Of a DNA stretch of 64,000 bases, positions 16,877 through 28,541 are shown piece by piece (position 1 is the stretch's first letter; every line of letters starts with the position of its first letter). The translations under genes were made by a program, and so were the position numbers. Source of the DNA: Tepidiformaceae bacterium (GTDB lineage: Bacteria > Chloroflexota > Dehalococcoidia > Tepidiformales > Tepidiformaceae); contig OZ251525.1 in the NCBI GenBank assembly GCA_965243075.1, forward strand, positions 2,144,348 to 2,208,347, written 5' to 3'. The notes under the pieces are model-generated. The model made no database searches. It was not told the DNA's origin and saw nothing but the letters and a program-made list of their open reading frames with translations.

Positions 16877-16893
16877 GGTAGCACGGCTCGCGC

Positions 16894-17058
16894 CTAGGCG
16901 GGCTGCTCACTGTCCCTCGCGGGCTGGCTGGCGGCCTTGTGCGAAGGGCGCAGCACAGCGCGGGCCAACGACTCCGGCAGGTCCGCATCCCGTGCGATGT
17001 CCTTGTCCCACTCCCACAGGTCGGCGACCTTCGGCATCGGCTTCTCTCCCCGCGACAT
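16894..17058 (-). CDS. small hydrophilic protein (54 aa) carrying a DLWEWDKDI motif
   Basis: A strong SD (AGGAGGAG) lies 6 nt upstream of ATG 17058. The product is MSRGEKPMPKVADLWEWDKDIARDADLPESLARAVLRPSHK..., and the gene sits between the MTase-HNH and Panacea genes. Confidence 0.45.
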   Translation of the reverse strand: MSRGEKPMPKVADLWEWDKDIARDADLPESLARAVLRPSHKAASQPARDSEQPA

Positions 17059-17120
17059 GGCACTCCTCCTGCTGTGTGCATCCATGTTAGGCGACGACGG
17101 CGTGCTTACGCCAGCGCTCC

Positions 17121-18800
17121 CTACCGAGGCCGCTTGTCCCACTCGCTGATCGCCCACATCCGCGCGCGCTCCAGGTGCGGGCGCTTGTCCTCGCCCGGCC
17201 ACACCAGCCCCTTCAGCGCGCGGTCATCCCGCAGCTGGATCATCGTCAGGCGGTTGCCCTTCACGCCGTTGCACTTCCGGCAGGCGATACCGAGGTTGTA
17301 GAGGTTATCGTCTCCGCCTTCCTCACCATCGTCGGGCCGCTTCGCAAACAGGTGCTCGACTTCGAGCATGTCGGGGTCGGGTTCGCCGTTGGGAAGCTTC
17401 GGCTGCCAGTTACAGCCCCAGCACAAGCAGCCGAACCGAGCCAGCAGCATCTCCTTGCATTCATCCTTCGGGATGTTGCCGTTCCAGCGCGGATCGCGAC
17501 GTTGTCTTTCGGACACCTCGGGGCCGGACAGCACCTGCTCGCGCGGCTCCACGTCGTTCGGGCCGATCACCCGCCACGGCTTGACATCCAGCCCTTCGTC
17601 CCAGTTGAGCCGGGGATTGCCAAACGCGACGGCGGTGGCCGAGGTCGTGGATGCGGTACCGCCATCAAGCAGACAGCGCAGCCCCTCGTTCTGGTAGAAG
17701 CGCCGCTTGATCATCGTGAGCGAGCGGTACGACCAGTCACAGGCGATCCACTGACGCGGTTCGTGAGCGGGCATCCATCCCTCAGCAGCGACAGCCGTGG
17801 TGGCACAGCCCGCGAAGATGTCGAGCACCACGTCGCCGGGGTTGGAAGAGGCCTCGATGATGCGCCGGTACAGGGCCAACGGCTTCTGCGTCGCGTAGCC
17901 CGTGCGCTCGCGGGCCTGGCTGTTGATGATATTGATGTCGTTCCACGTATCGTGGAGTGGCGTTCCCTGTTCATCATCGCTCCGGTCCACGATCCTGTCG
18001 TAGTCGCCGCCCGCGATCACCGCAGCGGCCTTTTCCCGATCATAGATAATCAACTGCCGCACGCCACCGGGCTTGTTGACCTGGTATCCTTTTCCAATCT
18101 TCCGGCGCTTGTCTTCAGAAAGACTATAGAGCCTGTTGAAAACGTAGTCGTCCGTCTTGGAGTAGAACAGGAGCACATCATGGTTGCGCTGAAAATGGCC
18201 CGCCGTGTTACTCCACTTGCCGTAGTGCCACACGATTTCATTGCGGAAGTTCCCCGCACCAAAGATCGCGTCCAGAAGCATCCGCAGGTGCGAATTGGCC
18301 TTATCGTCGCAGTGGACGTAGATGCTGCCCGTGTCCTTCAGCACGCGATGGCACTCCACCAGCCGCTGCGCCATGAAACAGATGTACGCCGCCATGCCAT
18401 GGCCAGCCGTGGCGATCACGGCCTCGATCACGGAGTGGATGCGCTTCGGCAGACTCCCGTCTTCCGCATTCTCGATCTCGCGGTAGAAGGCCGCATGGCT
18501 CCCCTTCTCGCTGATGTCCTTGTTCCACTCCCACAAATCGCCAACCTGCGTGTACAGGCCATACTCCGGGAACTCGTCCCTCGGCCTGCCCGTGTGGGCC
18601 ATGAACAGCTCGATCTCCTCGCCCAACTCGGCCTCGGTGATGGCGGGCTTGGGGTTGCTGCGGAGGTTCTCCATCTTGCCGAACGGGGGATCGATGGCGA
18701 TGAGGTCGATACAGGCGTCGTCAAGCGAGAGCAGGAAACGCAGGTTGTCCATAAGCGCCAGCGTGCGGTTGGGGAAGTTGGGCTCGGACGAATCGGACAC
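17121..18800 (-). CDS. beta-class amino (N6A/N4C) DNA methyltransferase fused to a C-terminal HNH nuclease domain
   Basis: Motif IV IAIDPPFG comes first, then SIYVHCDD, and motif I VLDIFAGCATTAVAA later (beta order). The C-terminus CWGCNW...LEVEHLF...NLYNLGIACRKCNGVKGN is an HNH with CxxC pairs. Two hand-counted 60-nt lines gave 47-53% G+C. Confidence 0.85.
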   Translation of the reverse strand: MSDSSEPNFPNRTLALMDNLRFLLSLDDACIDLIAIDPPFGKMENLRSNPKPAITEAELGEEIELFMAHTGRPRDEFPEYGLYTQVGDLWEWNKDISEKGSHAAFYREIENAEDGSLPKRIHSVIEAVIATAGHGMAAYICFMAQRLVECHRVLKDTGSIYVHCDDKANSHLRMLLDAIFGAGNFRNEIVWHYGKWSNTAGHFQRNHDVLLFYSKTDDYVFNRLYSLSEDKRRKIGKGYQVNKPGGVRQLIIYDREKAAAVIAGGDYDRIVDRSDDEQGTPLHDTWNDINIINSQARERTGYATQKPLALYRRIIEASSNPGDVVLDIFAGCATTAVAAEGWMPAHEPRQWIACDWSYRSLTMIKRRFYQNEGLRCLLDGGTASTTSATAVAFGNPRLNWDEGLDVKPWRVIGPNDVEPREQVLSGPEVSERQRRDPRWNGNIPKDECKEMLLARFGCLCWGCNWQPKLPNGEPDPDMLEVEHLFAKRPDDGEEGGDDNLYNLGIACRKCNGVKGNRLTMIQLRDDRALKGLVWPGEDKRPHLERARMWAISEWDKRPR

Positions 18801-18869
18801 CTAGCCGCTCCTTTCCCGTACCCTACAGGCGCGCGGCCCGCGCCGCCAGGCGGGCGCGCAACCGTCCCG

Positions 18870-19949
18870 CTACTTGGGGGCGACGGTGGCGCCGGTCTCC
18901 ACGCCGATGCCCGCCAGCAGGGCGTGGATGGCGCGCGCCTTGTCCACGATGCGGCCCGCCTCCTCGCGCACCGCCTGGCGCCCGTCGCAGAGCGCCTCCG
19001 CGGGGTTGCTGTGGATGTCGAATTCGAGGCCGTTGGCGCCCGCCGCCACGAAGCCGTAGGAGACGCGCTCGACGAGGGCGCGGTCGCCGGAGCTGTGGGA
19101 GGGGTCGGCGATGAGGGGCAGGTGGGACTTGCCGCGCACGAGCGGGATCATGGAGATGTCGGCGGCGAAGCGGGTTTCGGACTCGAAGGACTTGATGCCG
19201 CGGTAGCAGAGGATGACGTTGGGGTTGCCGGAGCCGCTGGAGCGCCCCTCGCGGTCGATGCCGGACATGATGTAGGCGGCGGCGCAGAGCCACTCGTTCA
19301 TGTCGTTGCCGAAGCCGTGCTTGAGCACGACGGGGGTGCGGATGCGGGCCAGTTCCTCCAGCAGGGGGGAGTACTGGGCGCTGCGCGCGCCGATCTGGAT
19401 GACGTCCACGCCCGCCGAGAGGAAGGCGTTGAGGTGGCGCAGGTCGATCAGTTCGGAGACGACGGGCAGGCCGGTGGCCTCCTTCATGGCGCGCACGATG
19501 TCGAGGCCACGGGCGATTTCGAGGCCGCGGTAGTCGTAGGGGCTGGTGCGGGACTTGTCGACGAAGGCGCGCAGGATGTCCACGCCCGCGTCGCGCGACA
19601 TGATGGCGGATTCGACGGCCTGTTCCTCGCTTTCGATGGCGCAGGGGCCGCCGAAGATGGTGAGGTTGCCGCCGCCCACGGGCACGCCCGCCACGTTCAC
19701 GACGGTGTCCTCGCGGTGGAAGCTGCGGCTGGCGTCCTTGTACTTCTCGGTGATGCGGATGACGCGGTCGACGCCGGGCAGTTCGGTCACGCGGCCCTCG
19801 TCCACGATTGCGGCGACGCCCTTGACCCCGATCACGATGCTCCCCGTTCCCACCAGCGTCTCGCACTGGAGGCCGTAGTCGTCGCCGATGCGCTCCATGA
19901 CGCGCTCGGCCTGTTCGTCCGTGGCCCCTTCGACCATGTGGATAATCAT
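18870..19949 (-). CDS. 3-deoxy-7-phosphoheptulonate (DAHP) synthase, type I-beta with N-terminal regulatory domain
   Basis: GGPCAIES, KSRTSPYDYRGL, QIGARSAQ, VVLKHG and IADPSHSSG motifs. Confidence 0.9.
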   Translation of the reverse strand: MIIHMVEGATDEQAERVMERIGDDYGLQCETLVGTGSIVIGVKGVAAIVDEGRVTELPGVDRVIRITEKYKDASRSFHREDTVVNVAGVPVGGGNLTIFGGPCAIESEEQAVESAIMSRDAGVDILRAFVDKSRTSPYDYRGLEIARGLDIVRAMKEATGLPVVSELIDLRHLNAFLSAGVDVIQIGARSAQYSPLLEELARIRTPVVLKHGFGNDMNEWLCAAAYIMSGIDREGRSSGSGNPNVILCYRGIKSFESETRFAADISMIPLVRGKSHLPLIADPSHSSGDRALVERVSYGFVAAGANGLEFDIHSNPAEALCDGRQAVREEAGRIVDKARAIHALLAGIGVETGATVAPK

Positions 19950-20032
19950 GTGGCGGCTACTCCGTCGGCTTGGCCAGCGATCTTGCTACGTATTCCGTCA
20001 ACGGGCCAGCGCGCCCCGCGGGGGGCGGGCGC

Positions 20033-20877
20033 TCAGAACAGCAGCTGCGTGAGGCGGCGCTGGTATTCGCGCACGAGGGCGCTTTCGAGGCCGAGCAGGT
20101 CGAACACGGCGAGCGTGGCCTTGCGCGCGGCGTCGCCGCCGAAGTGGCGGTCGAGGCGCACCGATTCGAGCAGCTCGTCGAGCGCCTCCTCGTAGCGCGC
20201 GTGGGCGGCCAGCATGACGCCCCAGCGGTAGCGGGCGCGGGGGTCGTCGGGGGCCTGGCGCGCCTCCTGTTCGAGCGCGGCGGCGTCGTGCTTGCCGGAG
20301 AACTCCTCGAGGAAGAGGTGGTGGCGCAGGGCCTTGGCGCGGCGGTTGGAACCGGCGCGCTCGATCAGCTCCTCGGCCTCCTCGCGCTCGCCGCGTTCGA
20401 GCAGGATGGCGGCCAGCCCGGCGAGGGCGTCGCCGTTGTCGGCGTCCTCGGCCAGCAGTTCGCGGTAGCGGGCCTCGGCGGCGGCGAGGTCGCCCGTGGC
20501 GGCCAGCTCGTCGGCCTCGGCGGCGGCCATCTCCGCGGGCGTGGCCGTGAGCGCGGCGAAGAAGGCGCGCACGTGCTCCTCCGGCAGGGCGCCCGTGAAC
20601 TCGCTCGCCACCTCGCCGTCGATGAACGCCTTGACCGCGGGGATGGCCTGGATGCCGTAGGTCATGGCGGTGTTCGGGTTGCGGTCGGTGTCGAGCGTGG
20701 CCAGCAGCACGTCCTCGCCGAACTCGGCGGCCACGCGCTCGATGACGGGGCTGAGCACGCGGCAGGGGCCGCACCAGTCGGCCCAGAAATCGACCACCAC
20801 GGGGCGGTTGCGCGATTCCGCGACGACGGCCTCGGCGAAGGTGGCGTCGGTCACTTCGAGGACGGGCGAGGGAGCGG

Positions 20878-20881
<4 letters not shown>
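20033..20881 (-). CDS. thioredoxin-domain protein with C-terminal TPR-like region (YbbN/CnoX-like)
   Basis: ORF 20033..22864 trimmed to ATG 20881 (ATGA overlap with the upstream stop). [18 protein letters not shown] is present, followed by a helical repeat tail. Confidence 0.85.
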
Positions 20882-22938
<2,057 letters not shown>

Positions 22939-23020
22939 GCCCCCAGTGTACGGCGTGGGCGCGCTACGGCGCGGGCGACGCGGATCGAGCGCGGGGCGCG
23001 CGGCGGGTATGCTGGGCGCG

Positions 23021-23752
23021 ATGAGCGCTCCCGACCGCGTCTGCTTCGTCATCCCCACCTACAACGAGGCCGCGAACGTCGTCCCCCTGCTGGAGCGGCT
23101 GACCGCCCTGCATCCCGAGGAGGGCGCGACCTTCCTGATCGTGGACGACGAGAGCCCCGACGGCACGGGCGAACTGGTGCGCGGGTTCGCCGCACGGGAC
23201 GGGCGCGTGCGCCTGCTGGAGGGCCCCAAACGCGGGCTGGGCGCGGCCTACACGCGCGGCATCGCCCACGCCCTCGACGACGTCGGCGCGGACGCGGTCA
23301 TGCAGATGGACGGCGACCTCTCGCACGACCCCGCCGACGCGCGCCGCCTGCTGGACCGCCTCGCGGAGGGCGCGGACGTGGCCATCGGCAGCCGCTACGC
23401 CGCGGGCGCGGGCCTCGACGCGCGCTGGCCCGCGCGGCGGCGAATGCTGTCGGCGGCGGGCAACTTCCTCGCGCGGCATGTCGCCGGGCTGGGGAACGTG
23501 CGCGACTGCACCATCGCCTTCCGCGCCATCCGCGCCGAAACGCTGCGGGCCGCGAAGGTGGAGCGCATCCCCGTGCGCGGCTACGCCTACCAGGTCGCGC
23601 TGCTCCACCGCCTCGTGCGGACGGGCGCGCGCGTCGTCGAGGAGCCCATCTTCTTCCGCGAACGCGAGCGCGGAGGCTCCAAGCTGGGCGCGCGCGACGC
23701 CCTCGAGTTCCTGTACTGCGTCGGGCGGCTGCGCTTCGCCCGTCGCGCCTGA
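23021..23752 (+). CDS. GT2 polyprenol-phosphate mannosyl/glycosyltransferase
   Basis: [25 protein letters not shown] and [11 protein letters not shown] motifs. An alternative ATG lies at 23009. Confidence 0.8.
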   Translation: MSAPDRVCFVIPTYNEAANVVPLLERLTALHPEEGATFLIVDDESPDGTGELVRGFAARDGRVRLLEGPKRGLGAAYTRGIAHALDDVGADAVMQMDGDLSHDPADARRLLDRLAEGADVAIGSRYAAGAGLDARWPARRRMLSAAGNFLARHVAGLGNVRDCTIAFRAIRAETLRAAKVERIPVRGYAYQVALLHRLVRTGARVVEEPIFFRERERGGSKLGARDALEFLYCVGRLRFARRA

Positions 23753-23757
23753 CGCCC

Positions 23758-24525
23758 ATGCTGGAACGGGAGCTGGCGGCGGCAACGGAGGCGGCGAAGC
23801 GCGCCGGGCGCGAGGTAGCGCGCATGCGCGAGGAGGGGCTGCGCTTCGGGCGCAAGGGCGGGCGCGAACTCGTCTCCGAGGCCGACCTGCGCGCCGCCGA
23901 ACTGCTGCGCGAGGCGCTCACCGCCGCCTTCCCCGACGACGGCTGGCTGAGCGAGGAGGACCGCGACACGGCGGAGCGGCTCGCCCGCGAGCGCGTGTGG
24001 GTGGTCGACCCCATCGACGGCACGCGCGAGTACCTGCAGGGCGTCCCCGAATACGCCATCTCCGTGGGGCTGGCGGTGCGCGGACGGCCCGCGCTGGGCG
24101 TGGTGCACAACCCCGCGACGGGCGAGTTGCACGCCGCCGTCCACGAGCCGCCCGTTCCCGCGCCGCCCGCTCCCCTTCCGCCCGCCGCGCCCTACCTCGC
24201 GCTGGTGGGGCGCGGCGAGGAGCTGCTGGGCGAGGTGCCGCCCCTGCCCGGCGACGCGCGCGTGCGCCCCACCGGCAGCGTCGCCTGGCGGCTGGCGCTG
24301 CTGGCGGCGGGCCGCGCCGACGTGGTGACGAGCTGGCACGCGCGCCACGAGTGGGACGTGGCCGCGGGGGCCGCCCTCGCCCTCGCGCGCGGGCTGACCG
24401 TGACGGACGCGCTGGGCGAGCCGCTGGCCTTCAACCAGCCGCGACCGCTGGTGCGCGGCCTGCTGGCGGCGGAAGCGGGGCTGCACGCGCGCATCCTCGC
24501 CCACTTCCGCCGCTTCATGCGGTAG
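23758..24525 (+). CDS. inositol monophosphatase / CysQ family phosphatase
   Basis: Only the last 255 codons of ORF 20932..24525 look real. LSEEDRD, WVVDPIDGTREY and WDVAAG motifs are present. Confidence 0.8.
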   Translation: MLERELAAATEAAKRAGREVARMREEGLRFGRKGGRELVSEADLRAAELLREALTAAFPDDGWLSEEDRDTAERLARERVWVVDPIDGTREYLQGVPEYAISVGLAVRGRPALGVVHNPATGELHAAVHEPPVPAPPAPLPPAAPYLALVGRGEELLGEVPPLPGDARVRPTGSVAWRLALLAAGRADVVTSWHARHEWDVAAGAALALARGLTVTDALGEPLAFNQPRPLVRGLLAAEAGLHARILAHFRRFMR

Positions 24526-24534
24526 AACGGGGCC

Positions 24535-25455
24535 ATGAGCGTGCGCATCGGGCTGGCGGCGGGGCTGACGCCGGAAACCGCGCCCGCCGCCTTCTTCCGC
24601 TGGATCGATCTGTGCGAGGAGAGCGCGGTCGATTCCATCTGGCTGAGCGAGCGGCTCGTCTCGCGCCAGCCCACGCTCGAGCCGATGACCGCCATGGCCG
24701 CCATCGCGGGGGCCACGCGGCGGCTCAGGTTCGGCATGAACGTCGTGCTCCTGCCCCTGCGCGACCCGCTCGTGCTGGCCAAGGAGTGCGCCACCATCGA
24801 CTACCTCAGCGGCGGACGGCTGCTGCCCGCCTTCGGCGTGGGCGCGGCCACCGCGCCGGAATGGCGCGCCACGGGCCGCGAAGCGGTCGGGCGCGGCGCC
24901 GTCGCCGACGAGATGCTGGAGCTGATGACGCGCCTCTGGGCCGGGGAGACGGTCACGCACCGGGGCGCGCGGTTCCGCTACGAGGACGCGGCCATCGCGC
25001 CCCTGCCCGTCCAGCAGCCGCTGCCGCTCTGGATCGGCGGGAGCAGCGAGGCCGCCATCAGGCGCACGGCGCGGCTGGGCAGCGGCTGGCTGGCCGGCGT
25101 GCGGACGCCCGCGCAGGTCGCGCCCGTCGTGCGCCGCATCAAGGCCGCGGCGGCGGAAGCGGGCCGCGCCATCGACGACGACCACTACGGCGCGGGCTTC
25201 CCCTTCCGCTTCGGCGACTGGGAGGACGACGCCGTCGAGCGCGCCGCGCGCGCCTACGGACGGCTGGCCGCGCTCGACCCGCGCGCCCTCTTCGCCGTGG
25301 GCGGCGCGAACGAGATCGCGGCGCGCGCCCGCGAATACGTCGATTGCGGCGTGAGCAAGTTCGTGCTGCGCCCGCTGGCCGATTCCGACGCCGACGCCTT
25401 CGCCCAGACCCAACGGCTGATCGAGGAAGTGCTGCCCGTCGTTCACACGCCCTGA
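24535..25455 (+). CDS. LLM-class (luciferase-like) flavin/F420-dependent oxidoreductase
   Basis: DSIWLSERL, LAKECATIDYLSGGRLLPAFGVG and PLWIGGSS patterns. Confidence 0.8.
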   Translation: MSVRIGLAAGLTPETAPAAFFRWIDLCEESAVDSIWLSERLVSRQPTLEPMTAMAAIAGATRRLRFGMNVVLLPLRDPLVLAKECATIDYLSGGRLLPAFGVGAATAPEWRATGREAVGRGAVADEMLELMTRLWAGETVTHRGARFRYEDAAIAPLPVQQPLPLWIGGSSEAAIRRTARLGSGWLAGVRTPAQVAPVVRRIKAAAAEAGRAIDDDHYGAGFPFRFGDWEDDAVERAARAYGRLAALDPRALFAVGGANEIAARAREYVDCGVSKFVLRPLADSDADAFAQTQRLIEEVLPVVHTP

Positions 25456-26837
25456 TGCGCGGGCGGGGGCGCGAGCCGGAAGTGGAGCAGGTCGCCGTCC
25501 GCGGGGGCGTCGGCGAGCGCCACGCCGTCGCCGAGCACGGCCACCACCGTCTCGCGCCCGGCCACGGCGACGAGCCCGCGGCGCTCCCAGACGGGCACGC
25601 GCGCGGCCTTGAGGATGCCGCTCACCTTGCGGACGTGGCCGTGGTAGTCCATGCGGTCGCCGGGGCGAAGGGAGCGCAGCCGCAGCGCCCCCTCCACGCG
25701 CGCGGCGGACACGGCCACGGCCGGGGACGAGCCCGCATCGTCGGGGAACGGTTCGGTGGCGGCCTGGAGCGCACGGTCGCCCGCGAGCGTGACGCCGGGC
25801 AGGTTCACGAAGCGCTCCCCGATGGCGGCGGGCGGCTCGTCCGCGCCCGCGGAGAGGCGCACCAGCCCCGCCGAGACCTCGACCGCGAGGTTCCCGAAGG
25901 CGGCGCGCCCCGCGCCCCGTTCGAGCGTGGCGGCGAGGTTGCGCAAGCGCGTGCGGTTGGCCGTCACGTCCGCCTTCAGGAAGGCCGCCTCCCGTTCGAG
26001 CACGAGCAGGCGTGCCTCCGCGCCCAGCGCGCGCAGGGCGGCCAGCTCGAACACGCACGCGCCGGGGACGCGCGCGCGGGGCTGCGCCAGATCGGCGTCG
26101 CGCTCGACGGCGCGGAAGAGCTCGCGCGCGCTCTCCGCGAGGCCGAGCAGGGCCGCGTCCGCCGCCGGGTTCTCCGCGCGCAGGCGCGGCAGCAGGTCGT
26201 GGCGGATGCGGTTGCGCGTGGCCGCCGGGGAGTCGTTCGTCTCGTCCATGCGGGGCGCGACGGCGGCGGCCTCGCAGACGGCCAGCGCGTCGGTGCGCGT
26301 GAGCGGCAGCAGGGGCCGCACGAGGCGCAGCGCGGGCGCGCCCGGCAGCGGCGCGGCGGGCAGCATGCCGCGCGCGCCGCGCACGCCGCTCCCGCGCAGG
26401 ACGTGGTGGAGCACCGTCTCGGCGTGGTCGTTCGCCGTGTGGCCCGTGGCCACGGCCCCCGCGCCCCGCCGTTCGGCGGCGAAGGCGAGGAACTGGTAGC
26501 GCAGCCGCCGCGCCGTCTCCTCGATGCCCGCGCGCGATTCGGCGGCGGCCAGGCGCACGTCGCCCTCGCCCGTGACGCAGGGCACGCCCAGCCGCTCGCA
26601 CAGGCCGGCCACGAAGTCGCGGTCGGCGGCGGAGCCGGGCCGCAGCTGGTGGTCGAAGTGGGCGGTCGCCAGCTCGAAGCCGCCTTCTTCCGCCAGTTCG
26701 CGCAGGAGCAGGAGCGCGGCGAGCGAATCGGGGCCGCCGCTGACCGCCACCACGAGCTGGTCCAGGTGGCGGAAGAGTCGTTCGCGCGCGGCGAAACGGC
26801 GCACGCGGGCGAGGGGCGAGGGCGCGCGCGCGGTCAC
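25443..26837 (-). CDS. tilS: tRNA(Ile)-lysidine synthetase
   Basis: VVAVSGGPDSLAL PP-loop, ATGHTANDHAETVL and RPLL motifs. GTG 26837 overlaps the upstream TAG by 1 nt. Confidence 0.85.
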   Translation of the reverse strand: MTARAPSPLARVRRFAARERLFRHLDQLVVAVSGGPDSLAALLLLRELAEEGGFELATAHFDHQLRPGSAADRDFVAGLCERLGVPCVTGEGDVRLAAAESRAGIEETARRLRYQFLAFAAERRGAGAVATGHTANDHAETVLHHVLRGSGVRGARGMLPAAPLPGAPALRLVRPLLPLTRTDALAVCEAAAVAPRMDETNDSPAATRNRIRHDLLPRLRAENPAADAALLGLAESARELFRAVERDADLAQPRARVPGACVFELAALRALGAEARLLVLEREAAFLKADVTANRTRLRNLAATLERGAGRAAFGNLAVEVSAGLVRLSAGADEPPAAIGERFVNLPGVTLAGDRALQAATEPFPDDAGSSPAVAVSAARVEGALRLRSLRPGDRMDYHGHVRKVSGILKAARVPVWERRGLVAVAGRETVVAVLGDGVALADAPADGDLLHFRLAPPPAHQGV

Positions 26838-27175
26838 TAGCGGGGGAACAGCCGCTCCCACCATTCGCCCGGCGCGGGCGCTTCCTCGGGCGGCGGGCTG
26901 AGCACCACGAACGGGATCTCGCCCGCGCGCGTGTAGCCCAGCTCGCGCCGCGCCGCCTGCTCCACGTAGGCGTCGGAGGCGACGTACTGGTAGACGGCGA
27001 AGAGGTGGTCGCGCCGGTCGCGCAGCGCCTCGACCTCGGCCTGGGCGGCGGCGCGGTCCGCGTTCTGCTCCCGCTGGCGCACGGCCCCGGCTGCGGCGGT
27101 GGACACGAAGTAGCCCGCGAGCAGGACGCAAACGATCAGCACCACCTTCGTCCTCGTCAACGCGAACGCCCGCAT
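26837..27175 (-). CDS. septum formation initiator (FtsB/DivIC-like)
   Basis: A single N-terminal TM followed by a coiled coil, with ARRELGYTRAGEIPFVV. Its position upstream of tilS is typical. Confidence 0.6.
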   Translation of the reverse strand: MRAFALTRTKVVLIVCVLLAGYFVSTAAAGAVRQREQNADRAAAQAEVEALRDRRDHLFAVYQYVASDAYVEQAARRELGYTRAGEIPFVVLSPPPEEAPAPGEWWERLFPR

Positions 27176-27199
27176 GCGTTCAGACTAGCCGCCATTCCG

Positions 27200-27820
27200 T
27201 CAAGGTTCAAGCGCGCCCAGGTGGCAGCGGTCGTTCAGGCGCTCCACGACGGCGCGGCCCCGTCGCAGCGAGAGCGTCGAAAGCGAGGCCAGATCGACGG
27301 CGAAGGCGCGGAAGGCGGCGGGTTCCAGCCCCAGCAGGCGGCAGACGAGCAGGCGCAGGACGAAGTTGTGCGAGACGACCGCCACGTCGCCGCCGTCGTC
27401 GGGGAGGGCGGACAGTTCGGCGGCGAGCGGTTCGAGGCGCGCCGCCAGCTGCGCCAGACTCTCGCCGCCCGGCATGGCCGCCTCCGCCGCGTCGGGTCCG
27501 CGCCAGGCGGCGACGAAGGCGGGGAAGCGTTCGGCGATCTCCCCCAGCGGCAGGCCCTCCGTCTCGCCCACGTCCAGCTCGATCAGCTCCGCGCGCGTCT
27601 CGATGGGCGCGCCCGCGCGTTCGGCCAGCGGACGCGCGATGGCTTCGGCGCGGCCCAGCGGGCTGGTGAGCACACGCGCCAGCGGCTCCCGCGCGAGGCG
27701 CTCGACGGCGGCTTCGGCCTGCCGCCGCCCATGCTCCGTGAGCGGCACGTCGGCGCGGCCCAGCCCGAGGCCGTCGCGGTTGTGCCCCGTTTCGCCGTGG
27801 CGGACCAAGTGCAGCCTCAT
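27200..27820 (-). CDS. histidine phosphatase family protein (PGM/CobC-like)
   Basis: MRLHLVRHGETGHN (RHG motif), with VVSHNFVLR later. ORF trimmed to ATG 27820. Confidence 0.8.
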   Translation of the reverse strand: MRLHLVRHGETGHNRDGLGLGRADVPLTEHGRRQAEAAVERLAREPLARVLTSPLGRAEAIARPLAERAGAPIETRAELIELDVGETEGLPLGEIAERFPAFVAAWRGPDAAEAAMPGGESLAQLAARLEPLAAELSALPDDGGDVAVVSHNFVLRLLVCRLLGLEPAAFRAFAVDLASLSTLSLRRGRAVVERLNDRCHLGALEP

Positions 27821-27842
27821 GGCGCGGACGCGGCGCGCGGAT

Positions 27843-28541
27843 TCATTCGTACTGCCCCCGCGCGCGCCATGCCGTCCGCGCCGCCGAGGGTTCGTCGAGC
27901 ACGAGCGCGACGCGCGCGTAGCGCTCCACCTCCGCCGCCGGGAAGAGCGCGGCCACGACCTGTTCGGGGCGCACCGTGAACTCCTGCGCGGCGCCCAGCC
28001 GCGCGCGCATGACCGCGCCGCCGTCCCCCGGCTCGATGGCGAGGGCGGCGACGCCCGCGCGCAGGTCGTACTCGCGCGCCTTCTTGCCCGCGCGCTCCTG
28101 CCGCCAGGGGAAGCGGTCGGCGGCGAGGAAGGCGGCGGCGGCCTCCCGCGCATCCGCGGCGTCGAGGCCGCCGAGCGCGGCGCGGTAGTCGGCCCAGCGC
28201 ACCAGCGTGGGCAGCGCGGGCAGGCCCAGCCCGACCTCGGCGAGCGCGCCCAGTTCGAGGTCGGGCGTGGTCTGCGCGCGCAAGTCGGCGGCGAAGCGGT
28301 CGAGGGGCGTGCGCTCCTCCAGCAGCACTTCCATGATCTCGCCCTCGCCCGTGAAGCCGAGGGGCAGGGGCGCGGCGAAGGCGATCTTCGGGTGCGGGGT
28401 GAAGCCCTGGGAGTAGAGCAGGGGCAGCCCCGCGCGGCGGATGGCGCGTTCCCAGTAGCGCAGCACGTCGAGGTGGGAGATGTGGCGCACGCGCTCGCCC
28501 TTGCGGAAGCGGGCGCGGATGCGCTGGACCGCCGCGCTCAC
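27843..28541 (-). CDS. radical-SAM-linked protein, DUF2344 family
   Basis: RFRKGERVRHISHLDVLRYWERAIRRAGLPLLYSQGFTPHPKIAFAAPLPLG. The GTGA start overlaps the meaB stop. Confidence 0.7.
   Translation of the reverse strand: MSAAVQRIRARFRKGERVRHISHLDVLRYWERAIRRAGLPLLYSQGFTPHPKIAFAAPLPLGFTGEGEIMEVLLEERTPLDRFAADLRAQTTPDLELGALAEVGLGLPALPTLVRWADYRAALGGLDAADAREAAAAFLAADRFPWRQERAGKKAREYDLRAGVAALAIEPGDGGAVMRARLGAAQEFTVRPEQVVAALFPAAEVERYARVALVLDEPSAARTAWRARGQYE

Noticed and set aside
18828-18844. GGCGCG-CGGCC-CGCGCC hairpin downstream of the DAHP synthase gene as an intrinsic terminator
   Set aside because: It has only a 6-bp stem and no U-tract. Such GC palindromes are frequent in this DNA, so I could not support any terminator call in the window.
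17175-20195. 1006-aa plus-strand ORF across the methyltransferase and DAHP synthase genes
   Set aside because: Both minus-strand genes have clear catalytic motifs, and the plus-strand product is junk-like.
23478-26840. 1120-aa (+) and 1004-aa (-) ORFs spanning 23.5-26.8 kb
   Set aside because: They overlap well-supported genes (IMPase, LLM oxidoreductase, tilS) in other frames or on the other strand, and their composition is Arg/Ala/Gly/Pro-rich.
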